Assembly (NCBI RefSeq): GCF_006345805.1
Contig: NC_043014.1
Location: 1 to 64,000, forward strand
DNA from: Octopus sinensis
Taxonomy: Eukaryota
DNA length: 64,000 nt
Direction: 5' to 3'
Shown here one piece after another: positions 11,051 to 22,839 of this stretch. The notes under the pieces were generated by a model. The model was not told the origin of the DNA and made no database searches. It saw only the letters and a program-made list of their open reading frames with translations. Each line of letters starts with the position of its first letter. Within the stretch, counting starts at the first letter, position 1. The position numbers and the translations under genes are program-made.

Positions 11051-14020
11051 AGGATCAGGACCTTGTCGTTTGCAGGAGTGTTGTTCAAGAGTCTGCGCAG
11101 ATCAGAATAGAAGCTGACTTTGTCCATTAGAGTTGGAGCATAAACACTGAAGAGCATGAGATGTTGTTTGCTCTCCAGTGGTAGGTGCATGGATATGATG
11201 CAGTCTGAGTGGCCCGTTGGTAACGTTTCCCTGCAAAGGACAAGGTCCTGATCCTTGGTGACTTCAACGCAAGTGTTGGGATGAACTCCGAGGCTTGGAA
11301 AGGAGTCCTTGGAAGACACAGCATTAGTAGCTGTAATGACAATGGGCGCCTCCTACTTGAGTTCTGCACAAAGCACCAACTTGCTATTACCAACACAATC
11401 TTCCAACAGAAAGACCGTCTGAAAACAACTTGGATGCATCCTCAGTCCAAACATTGGCATCTACTTGATTATGTGCTTGTGTGCCAGTGGGACCTGAAAG
11501 ACGTTCTACACACAAGAGTGATGCCCAGTGCAGAGTTCCACACTGACCATCACCTTGTCTGCTGCAAGCTCAAACTGCAGCTCAAACCCAAACCCAAGAA
11601 GAAAGGTAACCCCGTAAAGAAACTCAATGTCGGCAGCCTGTGCCGGGAGGAAGTGAAAGTTAAGTTCCAAGCAGACCTGCAGCAAAAGCTAGAATCCCCT
11701 TGCACTGATGACACCACCCCAGACATCTTGTGGGAGAACTTGAAATCAGCCATCCTTAAGACATCTGAGGAAGTTCTTGGGCACACAAAGAAGTAAAACA
11801 AGGACTGGTTCGATGATAATGACAAGGAGATCCAGGAATTACTAGCAAGGAAGAGGGCAGCTCATCAGGCCCACCTCGCACAACCAACCTGTCCTGTAAA
11901 GAAAGCTACCTTTCGACGTGCATGCAGCACCCTACAGCACAAACTCAGAGAAATACAGAACAAATGGTGGGACCACCTGGCATGGAGAACCCAACTTTGC
12001 GCTGACCTTGGAGACTATAGAAGTTTCTATGAGGCTCTGAAAGCAGTGTATGGCCCCACCCACCAGGTCCAGAGTCCCCTGAACAGTTCAGATGGACAGG
12101 ACCTCCTCTCCAATAACACTTCCATCCTCGCTCACTGGTCCGAGAACTTCCAAAGCCTCTTCAGTGCTAACCATACCGTACAGGACACTGCCATCCATCG
12201 CATTCCTCAACTTCCACTCAAGGAGGAGCTCAACGAACCACCCGCCCTCGAAGCCATAGGACAACTCAAAAGTCGCAAAGCAGCAGGAGTTGATGGCATC
12301 CCACCAGAAATCTAGAAGAATGGAGATCCTACGCTCCATGACAAGCTCCATGATTCTCTTGTCTGCTGCTGGGAGCAGAGCAAGCTGTCACAGAATCTTC
12401 ACGACGCCATTATCATAACCCTGTACAAAAACAAGGGTGAAAAGTCTGACTGCTCCAACTACTGGGGAATCACCCTATCTCCATCACTGGCAAAGTACTT
12501 GTCAGGATCCTGGTCAACAGGCTCATACCAACCATCGCTGAAGAAAACCTCCCCAAGAGCCAGTGTGGTTTCAGAGCCAACAGAGGCATGATGGATATGG
12601 TGTTTGCCCTCCACCAACTTCAGGAGAAGTGCTGAGAACAAAACAGGGGACTCTGTGCTACTTTTGTCGACCTCACAAAAGCAGTTGACACAGTGAGCAG
12701 GACAGGATTATGGCTCATCCTTGAATGACTTGGCTGTCTCACCAGGTTTCTACAGATGGTGATCCAGCTGCACGAGAACCAGCGTGGCCAGATCAGACTC
12801 AACGGTGACCTGTCGGAGCCCTTCCCCATCTCCAACAGAGTGAAGCAGGGTTGTGTCCTGGCACCGACTCTCTTCAGCATCTTCTTCAGCATGATGCTCA
12901 AGTATACAACTGAAGATCTGGAGGATGGAGATGGGGTGTATGTTAGGTATCATCTTGATGGCAGCCTCTTCAATCTATGGCGCCTCCAAGCCCACACCAA
13001 GACCCAGGAGAGGCTGATTTGAGAACTTCTCTTTGTGGATGACGCTGCTCTTGTCGCCCACACAGAGCGAGCTCTGCAGTGCATCATGTCCTGCTTTATG
13101 GATGCCTTGTGGTGGTTTGGCCTGGAGGTCAGCTTCAAGAAGACTGAGGTACTTCACCAGCCTGCACCCCAAGAGTTGTACTGCCCACCCCACATCACTA
13201 TCTGCAGCATCAAACTGAAATCAACACAGCAGTTCACATACCTGGGTTGCATCATCTCATCCAATGCAAGGATCAACAAGGAAATTGACAATAGACTCTC
13301 TAAGGCAAATAGCTCCTTTGGCAGATTGTGCAGATGTGTTTGGCACAATAATAACCTGAAGAACAAGACAAGGATCAGCGTCTACTTGGCCATGGTTCTC
13401 ACCACCCTCCTCTACAGCTCGGAGACCTGGGTCACCTACCACAGTCACATCCATCTCCTCGAGTGCTTCCACCAGCGATGTCTCTACACCATCTTCAACA
13501 TTCACTGGAGTGACTTCGTCACAAACAAAGTTTTGGAGCAGGCTGAGATCCCCAGCATTGAAGCCATGCTACTGAAGTACCACCTCTGATGGATAGGGCA
13601 TGTCTCCAGATTGGAGAACCATTGCTTTCCTAAGATTGCCCTGTTTGATGAACTCTCCACTGGCTACTGTGAGAGATGCGCCCCCAAGGAAATGCTACAA
13701 AGACTACCTCAAAAAGTTTTTCACCGCATGTCATTTTGACCACCAATGCTGGACAGACCTGGCTGCAGACCGTGATGCTTGGTGCCACATGATCTTCAAC
13801 TCAGTCAACGAGTTTGAAGAACACAGAAGAGACGTGCATAAAGACAAGAGACACAGGAGGAAGGTGCGAGCCGCCTCTGACACCACACCGGATGCTACCT
13901 TCATCTGTGGACACTGCTCACGGACCTGCCTTTCCCGCATCAGACTTGTCAGTCATGAGCGTGCCTGCAGACAACATGGACTACCTTCCTAATCTTCGTT
14001 TGTGAAGCCAAGCCATGCCA
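11051..14020 (+). mobile_element. RTE-clade LINE, decayed ORF (APE endonuclease, RT, C-terminal C2HC finger), 5' end inverted
   Basis: GDFNA..G (11257), DYVL, QCGFRANRG, VKQGCVLAPTLF, LFVDDA (YADD-equivalent) and CGHCSRTCLSRIRLVSHERAC. Tail aagcca-agcca-tgcca. Multiple stops and frameshifts; visibly more GC-rich than the flanks. Confidence 0.95.
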
Positions 14021-15127
14021 TATATACAAACACACCTACATAAATACATACATTTGTACATACCAAAACAGAAGACTAGAAAATTTGGTATATTTTTAAT
14101 TCATTCTGCACTCAATACAAGATAGGAGTTATAAAGTTATATGTAGACAAAACATGCATAGGATCTCTGGACAGACAATTGTATACATGTTTTTCTACAT
14201 GTTTACCTTTGTAACATATGTAACATTGAATTAAAAATATACCAAATTTTCAAGGCTTTTGTTTTGATATGTGATTACTCTGCAAATAGAATTCCCCAGA
14301 AATTTCAAATTCTGTCTAATAAAACACATCTGTATAAACACATTTGATTAATGCGAACATGCAGATGTGCTTCATGAGAACACAGCTTGGATTATAATCC
14401 TTTCTAGACATTCATACATAGATGTGCATGTGTGTGTGTGTGTGTGTGTATGTGTGTGTCAGCTTGTTGGTATCAGGAGAAATAGAACTTGACCATGACA
14501 ATTTAATATATTTTTTGTAAATGCAAAGCTACATATGTGACTCAAGAGCTGATATTTTAGTATCAAACCAAATTATAATCCAGAAATGTTCTTATTTTAT
14601 CAGAAAAATAGTTTTTTTCTGGGGAGTTCTCTCTAAATATTAGCAGGTCACATGATAAGCACCTTTTTATAGTGAGCAGTTGCATTGCATTGATATCCAG
14701 ACTGGCCTTTTCCTATGGCTCTCTGCTCATCAGCATTCTGTGGCATCCACAGCCTCTGTTGCATGCTGATCCTGTTCTATCTTGACCTCAATTGCAACCT
14801 AAAAACTCTCTTTGGTTGCGGGACCCTCAGTATAGAAGCACTTCTCCAGCACAGGTGTCTATGAATTCTTCCTTCATCCTGTTGATTGCAAATTTCAGTG
14901 TAATCCCCACCACTTCCATTGGAGGCTGATGGTCCTTGTCTCTGTGTCTTACGCCTTGGATTACATTCATACATACTTCAATACACACACACATATGTAT
15001 GTATATATGTGTGTATAAATATATATGTATGTGTGTGTGTGTATAAATATATATGTATATATATATATATATATGTATGTATATATATATGTAAATATAT
15101 GTGTATATATATGTGTGTGTGTGTGTG

Positions 15128-16621
15128 TAGGCAAAGTTTGTTTCTACGTTGACCGCTGAAAACACTAAATAGAATTGATAATATTTCTGAGTTTTCCTGT
15201 CATTTGACTATTCCCTAGATAACTATGCACTTATTTTCCGAAAACAGATTGGGGGCAGGAGCCGAGTTGGTGGTGTATTGGCTCCTGTTTCTAGATTTCC
15301 ACGTATTTCGTGTCATTGAAATAAATTTGACCGTTCCGCAGGTAAGAGTACACTTATTTTCCGAAAACGGAGTAGCGGGTTGGAGTTGGTGGTCTGTTGG
15401 CTCCTATTTCTAGCAATCCACTTACTGTCTATTTTGCCATAATACTTTTTACAGAGTGAAACAATATTCTGCCTATCTTCACTCAATCCACCTCTAAACA
15501 GTCTCCAAGTTTATACATTACATTTATTCCTTTGAAGCCGCCGCCCGACCTCTGCTTTCTCTCTGTCTGTATGTCCCTCTCTATGTCGCTATCTCCCCCC
15601 TCTCTCTCCCCTCTCTCTCTCTCTCTGGTTGTGTGTGTGTCTCACTACTTCTATCACTTTTTCTCTCTATAGACAAAAAAGAAAATCACGTGAGACGGAC
15701 GGAGAAAGTGGTTACAGAGGGAAAATAAGTGACATGCCGCACCCCTTGCTTTCTCTCTGTCTATATGTCCCTCTCTGTGTCTCTGTCTCTTTTACTATCC
15801 CCCCCTCTCTCTCTCACTGCCTATACCTCTTTTTCTCTCGAGAGAAAAAATACGTAAGGCGGAAAAGAACGAGTCAGAGGTGGGGTTCAGGTAGCCACAT
15901 CCATAAATCTATCGACTAAGTTGTTGACAAAGATGATGCTGTTCATTATCGTGATGAATTCCTCAACAGTCTGGAAACGTCTTGTGTAGTGCCATACAAC
16001 CATTAATTGAAGAATAGTGCAATCGTGTTTCTCAGAAACCTGGATCGGCCAAGATTGTACAATGCTACACGTATGGTTGTGATTGAACTACAGTCTCACA
16101 TTATCCAAGCAAAAATTCTCACTGGATGTGCTAAGGGAGACATTGTATTTATACCTAGAATACCAACAGATGTGGCCTTTCGTTTCAAACGATTGCAATT
16201 CCCACTGACAGTCAATTATGCTTTGACCATTAACAAGTCCCAGGCTCAAACACAGCAGGTTGTCAGTCTCCATCTAGAATAGGGTTGTTTCTCACATCGT
16301 CAATTGTATGTAGAATGTTCCAGAGTAGGAAGTCCACAGAAACTCTTCATACATGCTCTAAAGTAAAAAGTTAGAAACGTTGTATATTCCGAAGTTCTGT
16401 AAATGTTTTATAATTTTCGTGCAATACATTTCCCCATTATTATCCATATTACTTTCTGTATTTAGATATACCGAATAAATTTCTAAAATTATGTTATGCA
16501 TTATTTAAATAATTATTAACAACTTTTTTTATTATAAGGAAAATGGGCATTATGGCAGATGCCTATACGTGCCTTATGAATATATCATACAGACCAGGCT
16601 GAAGGCTGGGAGGCTTGCTAG
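15128..16621 (+). mobile_element. Helitron-derived element carrying a PIF1-type helicase C-terminal remnant
   Basis: 15935-16400 reads EFLNSL...FLRNLDRPRLYNATR...FIPRIP...FKRLQFPL...YALTINKSQ.QT...FSHRQLYV.CSRVGSP. The 3' end has hairpin ccaggc-tgaa-ggctgg then CTAG (16618-21) followed by T. The 5' TC end is not resolved (lost in a microsatellite). Confidence 0.85.
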
Positions 16622-16859
16622 TATATATATAATTATATATATGTGTGTGTGTATATGTCATCATTTAACGTCCGTTATCCATGCTGGCATGGGTTGGACA
16701 GTATGACTGAGCTGGCAAGCTGGAAGGCTGTGCCAAGCTCCAGTCTGAGTTGTCATGGTTTTGCACAGCTAGATGCCCTTCCTAATGCCAACCACTGAGA
16801 GTGTAATGGGTGCATTGACATGGCAATTTGTGCGACACCAGTACCTACCACAACTTACA

Positions 16860-18215
16860 CGTTCGTTTAATTTGCTTTTATTTATTTTTTCATTTGTTTA
16901 TATCTACTTGTTTTTTCTTTTCTTTCTTTTTTGTATTTAATTTAGTTTAGTTTAATTTATTTTGTTATATAGTTACTTAATTCCATTTAATTATCTGTGT
17001 ATTGTATTATATTATATTCATATTGTTATCAGTTTATGGGGATCTTATTCTGTCATAGGTTGTGGTATGTTGGGGTGTGTGCTAGTGTTCCATTCTAGTT
17101 TCCTATTCAGGCTAAGTTTATCTTTTATTATGTATGTAACGTCCGTAATTTGTCTAAATGTTGCATCTGTTCTATGAGTGGACAAGATTTTTAACTTCTA
17201 TGTTGTTGAGCGAGCTTGGTGTGCTGGTACAGTTCCGATGAGCTCTTCTCTTCCTTAAGTTTCCTCCAATGCTCATTTACCCGCTTTCCTATGCTCTGTG
17301 CTGTTTCCCCTACTTACGTCATTGTCTTGTTACTGCACCGTCCCTCTGTATATCTTATACTATAGACTACATTCCTAGCTTTACAGTTTGTTTGTGGATA
17401 AATTTACATACAGTACAGTTCCTAAAAGGGTAGGTTCTACCGATTAGGGATTTAATAGGGTTGCCTGGCCTTTCTACAACCTTAATTCTTAGCTTAAGTT
17501 TGTCTAAGGCCCTTCTAAAGCAGTACGCCAGTTCACCTCTAAGGGTGGTGTCAACGAACATGACACTGGTATTTGTGGCTATCATACTATGAGTTGGCCT
17601 TCCTATTTTCTTCTTAGTTCTTTCAATGGTGTTTCATAACTTGCTCCTATAGAGTGGGCAAATCCCATTCCTATCGTTACATATGATAGTTTCAAATTTC
17701 CTCATGGCTCCTTTGCATACTCTGATCCTTTCTCTATGGTTGTATCCTGATAACTGCATGTGGTGAACACTATAGCTGAGTTCCACTGGATCAGGTATTT
17801 GGAGATCATAGGTTTGGTACAATGTGAATGAAGGATTCGGGTTTTATTATTCCAGAAATTTCAAGAAATTAGTTTCCATTTCTGTTTCTTTACCACTATG
17901 CTGATATCATCGACATAGAGAGAGTACATGTTCATGAGTATGGCTATGTCAGGTGTTCTTTAAGCCATCTGTCCCACCATACCATGAAAAGGTTGGCCAC
18001 ATATCCATCGATACTAACCCCGATGGCTGCCCCTCATCCTGTTGTTAAACATGTGGTCTTTTAGGGTACCTCTTCTACTAGCTCCTAATGCATGTACAAT
18101 CATTTTCTTTACTTCAGTTCTATATTTAAGAGATGAGAAATTATGTACATTATTTACAATTGACGGATATTTGTCCTCATCTTGTTTGTTGTGAACACGT
18201 TTCAGTTGATATACC
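16860..18215 (-). mobile_element. Penelope-like element (RT + GIY-YIG endonuclease), decayed, with partial pLTR upstream
   Basis: Minus strand: CTVC...NCKARNVVYSI...*VGETAQSIGKRVNEH (GIY-YIG, ~17190-17375) and an RT/thumb-like region to ~18070. 18145-18215 matches the pLTR-type repeat at 3325-3590. Confidence 0.8.
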
Positions 18216-18479
18216 ATCGCAGGTATTGTTACAGTCGTTGATCCTGCTGAGATCTCCCATGCTGCCACAAACATCAGGTGACATCTGGATTATGGGACGT
18301 AGGATCATTGAGAGGAAGTAGGAGATCCTGTGGTTGTTAGCAAAACTGGTCTTGTTGGTGGTCCTACTACTGGATCAGAGGTTACTTTGTGGTCCTTGCG
18401 AAGTCCATACACTGTTGGGATATCGTTGTTCCAGGATTGGAAATTGTTGGCCGTGCATTTGAAGTATAACATCAAAAAT

Positions 18480-19075
18480 ATGTCAGAACCAACAGGTATT
18501 CACACCTTTAAAAACAAGGAATACTGGTGGAACACCTGATAAAAACATTAATTTGGTGCAAACATAACAGACCTGATATTTTTCTGTGGGACTGGGAACA
18601 AAAGTTCTGCACCATGTAGAACATTTTTTGTACAATCAAAAGTCCAGGAAAACGAGAATATTTGTTGCAAATTAATGCAGAACTTACAGCTCTTGTACCC
18701 TGACTATGAATTCTCGTGTGTACCTATCATCATAAGTGCATTAGGTTATGTAGCCACAAATTTGCACAAATGCTTAGAAATACTTGGTTTCATGGAGTAA
18801 GAGTAAAAGAAATTGATGTATATTCTCCAAATCCAATCTATTAGTGGTACAGTGAAGATTTGTAAGACATTCCAAGAATTCTCCATCTGAGATTCTTATG
18901 TGACTAGTTGTTCATACTTAGATGTATGCTTTGACAGTTCAACCACCAACCAACCACATATTTTAAAACACCAAGAACTCTCTTAACTAAAATGAGTCTT
19001 GTCACTTTATTAGCAATCAGCTCAAACTCTCTCGAAAAGAGCTTTTAAATAAAACTCAAAGAAGGATCAGCCATA
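18480..19075 (+). mobile_element. Second, shorter copy of the R4/Dong-like element (RLE domain + 3' UTR)
   Basis: aaaaacaaggaatactggtggaacacc...cataacagacctgatatttttctgtgggactg is nearly identical to the reverse complement of 26390-26500. Reads NLQLLYPDYEFSCVPIIISALGYV and SISGTVKICKTF. Confidence 0.85.
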
Positions 19076-19435
19076 CAGACACACACACACACACACATAT
19101 TAACAGTACAAGGAAATCTGCACTGAAATAATTAAGTATAAAGGAGTACAAGATTCCTCCTCCTCCTCCTCATCATCATCATCATCTAGCATCCATCCAA
19201 ACCTTGTTGGCATGGAACATGGATGGGTGACAGGAGGATCTGATAGGCCCAAGGAGTCCATCATGTTTGCTTTAGCATTGTTTCTATGACTGAATGTAGT
19301 TCCAAATACCAATTACTTTCTTGGCTACATTTTTTGTGCCACTAGCACTAGAGAGGTCGCTCATAAGATAATAAAATTCGAGGCAGAAAGGGCAGCTTTA
19401 TGCTAGGAAATAAGGGATTGAAGGGATTGAGAGAG

Positions 19436-20024
19436 TCCTGTAGAGAAGACATCAGTTTGAATGATTTTTTTTTACATGTATCTAAGCAGCAGAATCCTGA
19501 TGTTCTAGAAAATGGTTTGACAAATTCTACTGACTACAATATTTAAAATTTTATGGTATATCTTTCAATGTCTAGAAGTGCTGTCAAAACATATTCCATA
19601 TTGGCAGCCCTCTAGGAATGAACTAATTTTGAAATTCCATCACTAAAAACAAGTTTATTCCACCATAATTTCTTCTACAAATGAGTTGAATATATTGCAG
19701 TTTAATAAATGGAATTTGTTTGAAATCCGTCTATCTTTCTAGAAATTCCATTAAGAAATGTATCCTGTTTTTAGAGTAATTTAGAGAATATTTAGAAGAC
19801 TGATATTTGTATCAAAGACACTTTGGTACCCATGTCTTTCTTCAATAGTTTTTCACACAAGACTGAAAGCTATCAAATTTCCATGTTTTTTGTTTTTGTA
19901 ATTGGAAAACCTCTTGAACGTAAATAGCCATGGAGCTTGTCAAACCATTTTCTAGAACATCAGGATTCTGCTGCTTAGATACATGTAAAAAAAAATCATT
20001 CAAACTGATGTCTTCTCTACAGGA
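19436..20024. repeat. Perfect 88-bp inverted repeat (19436-19523 / 19937-20024), 413-bp spacer
   Basis: A block-by-block reverse-complement comparison gives 88/88 identity, including a 9-T/9-A run. No TSD seen. Confidence 0.95.
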
Positions 20025-20317
20025 AGGAACTGAAATACAAAGTTTTGCTTGCAAACACATTTTATTATACAAAACTCCTAACTTCAGACAGAATGTATTA
20101 CAATTTTGGAGGGAAATTTTATGGAAAATTTTCAGTCTTTTTTGGATGCTCTTTGATGTTCTGCAAATATTCTCTCCAGTGAATATTGTTTTATTGAAGT
20201 ATTGATGCTTTCCTTGTCAATATTTATCTCTCATTCTGCCTCCACATTTCTTTTTCTTGCTTTACTTTACATTGTTCTCACTTTCTTTTCCTTTTTGCCA
20301 TTATCCAACATTATGTA

Positions 20318-20700
20318 CAACGGTTGGCTGAAAAGTTAATATGCTAAGATACTCTCATGGAATGTGACCAAATGAGGTTTGTTCTACAATATAGTCCCAT
20401 AAACCCCCTCGTGGTTCACATACGTCTTCCATTGGTGTTGCAGTGCTTCAATCCCGTGATTGAAGAAGCTTTCATTCTGTTGCTCAAAAAAGTCATAAGC
20501 AGCAGATGTGACAACATCACCAAAATACTGGTTCCCTGCCAAGTGTTTTCCACATTGGAGAATAGATGATTGTCAGAAGGGGCCAAATCAGGAGACTGGG
20601 GAGAGTGATCAAATAGTTGAAAACGTCAGTCACACATAGCATTGAAACGAAGGATTTGTGTGTCAGTTTTCTTGGGCATTTGGTCTTGAAGGCCTTTAAC
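20318..20700 (-). mobile_element. Mariner 3' fragment
   Basis: The minus strand reads HSPQSPDLAPSDNHLF (YSPDLAP.D motif). The terminus is TA-caacggttggctgaaaagtt. Confidence 0.8.
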
Positions 20701-20799
20701 TGCCTCAGGAATTGGACTCACAACCTTGTGATCACATGCTCATCACTGTGTGTATACATATGTGTATATATATTTATACAGGTATTATACATATGTAGA

Positions 20800-21190
20800 T
20801 AGATGATAGATTTCTTTATTGGCCACGCAGGGCTAAATACAGAGGGACAAAATACAAAGTAGAGCTTTTCTTTTTGGGAAGAAGAGAAGGGGGAGGGGCG
20901 AATTCCAATCAAAAGGGCTTGTGAAAAGAAAAAAAATGGGGTGTCAAATTCCAATCAAAAGGGACCGTGAAATAAAAAAAAAAGTGGGGCCGATCAATAG
21001 GGATTGTGTATCACAGAAATGTAAAAAGGGAAAACAGATTAGGTTTGTTTGTGGATAGAAAAGCCTACAGAAAAGACCACGGGAACCTTGGGCAATAGTG
21101 TCATGCAAAAAGAAAGCACATTATAGTAAGTGGCTCTCTTTTTTCGTTTCGTTTTTTTTTTTTGGTTCATAGGATTCTGCTCAAGCTGGC
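20800..21190 (-). mobile_element. 3' UTR of a related Tx1/L1-like element
   Basis: The minus strand ends ccctgcgtggccaataaagaaatc plus a (TCTA)-type tail, the same terminal motif as 41000-41017. Confidence 0.6.
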
Positions 21191-21393
21191 TCCGTCATTC
21201 ACCCGTGCAATCCTTGCTACATTCAGATAGATAGATATGTATGTAATATTTTTGATTAATGAGTATACATCAGTTAGTGTGCTGATGTGTTGAGTAAAGA
21301 AGTGGCACAGTTTGGACTCCCTGGTGCCATCTGCAGTTGGGATATATTTCCTTTGGATCTACTTCAGGAATTCTGCAGTGTTAGTTGAGAAAG

Positions 21394-21824
21394 TAATCGA
21401 TTAAGGAAACAGAAAATGGAATTGGTATAACTCGTTATTTTGTACAATGATTGTTTTGATCCATCCTGCAACTGTCCTTTATAGGTGGGATGCTGTGCAT
21501 TATAAATGTTGCATCAATCCTGCAGTCTGGGCCACATCAGGTACATTCATCTATAAAGTGGTGTCTCACTAAAAACCTTGATTCTGAGCAGCCATGTTGT
21601 TATTTGTCTGCTTCATTTAGGGAATGAGGTGCCCGAAATCCAGATCTTTAGTGAGGCATCAATTTATGTATGAATGTAGCTGATGCGACCCAGGATGCAA
21701 GATTGATGCAACATAGTATGGTGCACAGCATCCCACCTATGGAGGACAGTTGTAGGATAGGTTGAAACCATCGTTCAAAGTAGAGAGTTAGACCAATTCT
21801 ATCTTCTGTTTACTTAATCAATTA
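21394..21824. mobile_element. Foldback/MITE-like element with ~190-bp imperfect arms and ~55-bp spacer
   Basis: taatcgattaaggaaacagaa...ataggtgggatgctgtgca...tgttgcatcaatc...ctcactaaa mirrors tttagtgag...gattgatgcaaca...tgcacagcatcccacctat...ttctgtttacttaatcaatta. Confidence 0.85.
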
Positions 21825-22197
21825 TATATATATATATATTCTTTTACTTGTTTCAGTTGACTGCAGCCATGCTGGAGCATTGCTTTGAAGGGTTTTAGTC
21901 AAACAACTCGACTCTAGGACTTATGTTTTAAGACTAGTACTTACTCTGGGAAGGTAAACACACCAAAACCAGTTGATAAGCAGTGATGGCAGGGCAAACA
22001 CAGACACACACACACATATATGATAGGTTCTTTCAGTTTCCGTGTACCAAATCCACTCACAAGGCTATAGTAGAAGACACAGTGGGACTGAACCAGGAAC
22101 CATGTGGTTGAAAAGCAAGCTTCTTACCACACAGCTATGCAGGCGCTTATATATATATATATATGTGTGTGAGTTGGGATGTGTTTGTGTGTGTGTA

Positions 22198-22782
22198 TAC
22201 CAGGCTGAGTAAAATCATTGACTTGCTGTGTCCCCCAAACATGTACAGAGAGTGATAAAAACCAAACATTCAGTCAACATCATGGTGTTTGGAGCGATCA
22301 CTAGTGATGGCAACATAATGCCTCCATTCATCTTCTCACACGGCCTCAGACTCAACACAGAGGCCTACATCAAGTTCCTGAAGGAGGTAGTGCTGCCCTG
22401 GGTCAATAGGGTTGTTACTGGAAGACCCTGTGTCTGGCAACAGGACTCTGCACCATGTCACACAAGCAGGAGAACCCAGTCATGACTGTCAGACAATTTC
22501 TGGGACCACATCACCCCTAACATCTGGCCACCTAACTCCACAGACTGCAACCACTTTGTTATTATATGTGGGGTGTAGTTGAACAAGAGCCCAACACAAC
22601 TCCTTGTTACAGCAAAGATGAACTGAAGTTAAGGGTTATGGCAGCATTCACCAACTTAAACAAGGAGGCTGTCCAGAAGAGTTGCAGGAGATTCCAAAGT
22701 CGTCCAGAGGTTGAAGCCAATGGCGATTTTATTGAATTTTATTTCAAGATATTTTTATGTAATTTTGGTAAACATACCTGTT
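22198..22782 (+). mobile_element. Tc1/mariner DD37D (maT-type) transposase fragment
   Basis: VMVFG..TSDG..MPPFIF, WQQDSAPCHTS and WPPNS.DCN..DYY.WG. There are 37 residues between the 2nd and 3rd Asp after repairing one stop and a 1-nt deletion. Confidence 0.82.
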
Positions 22783-22801
22783 AAAATGAGATAGATGTAT
22801 G

Positions 22802-22839
<38 letters not shown>

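Noticed and set aside
14700-14966. Possible retrotransposon C-terminal remnant (RSASILR) on the minus strand
   Set aside because: The similarity is too weak to classify without an alignment.
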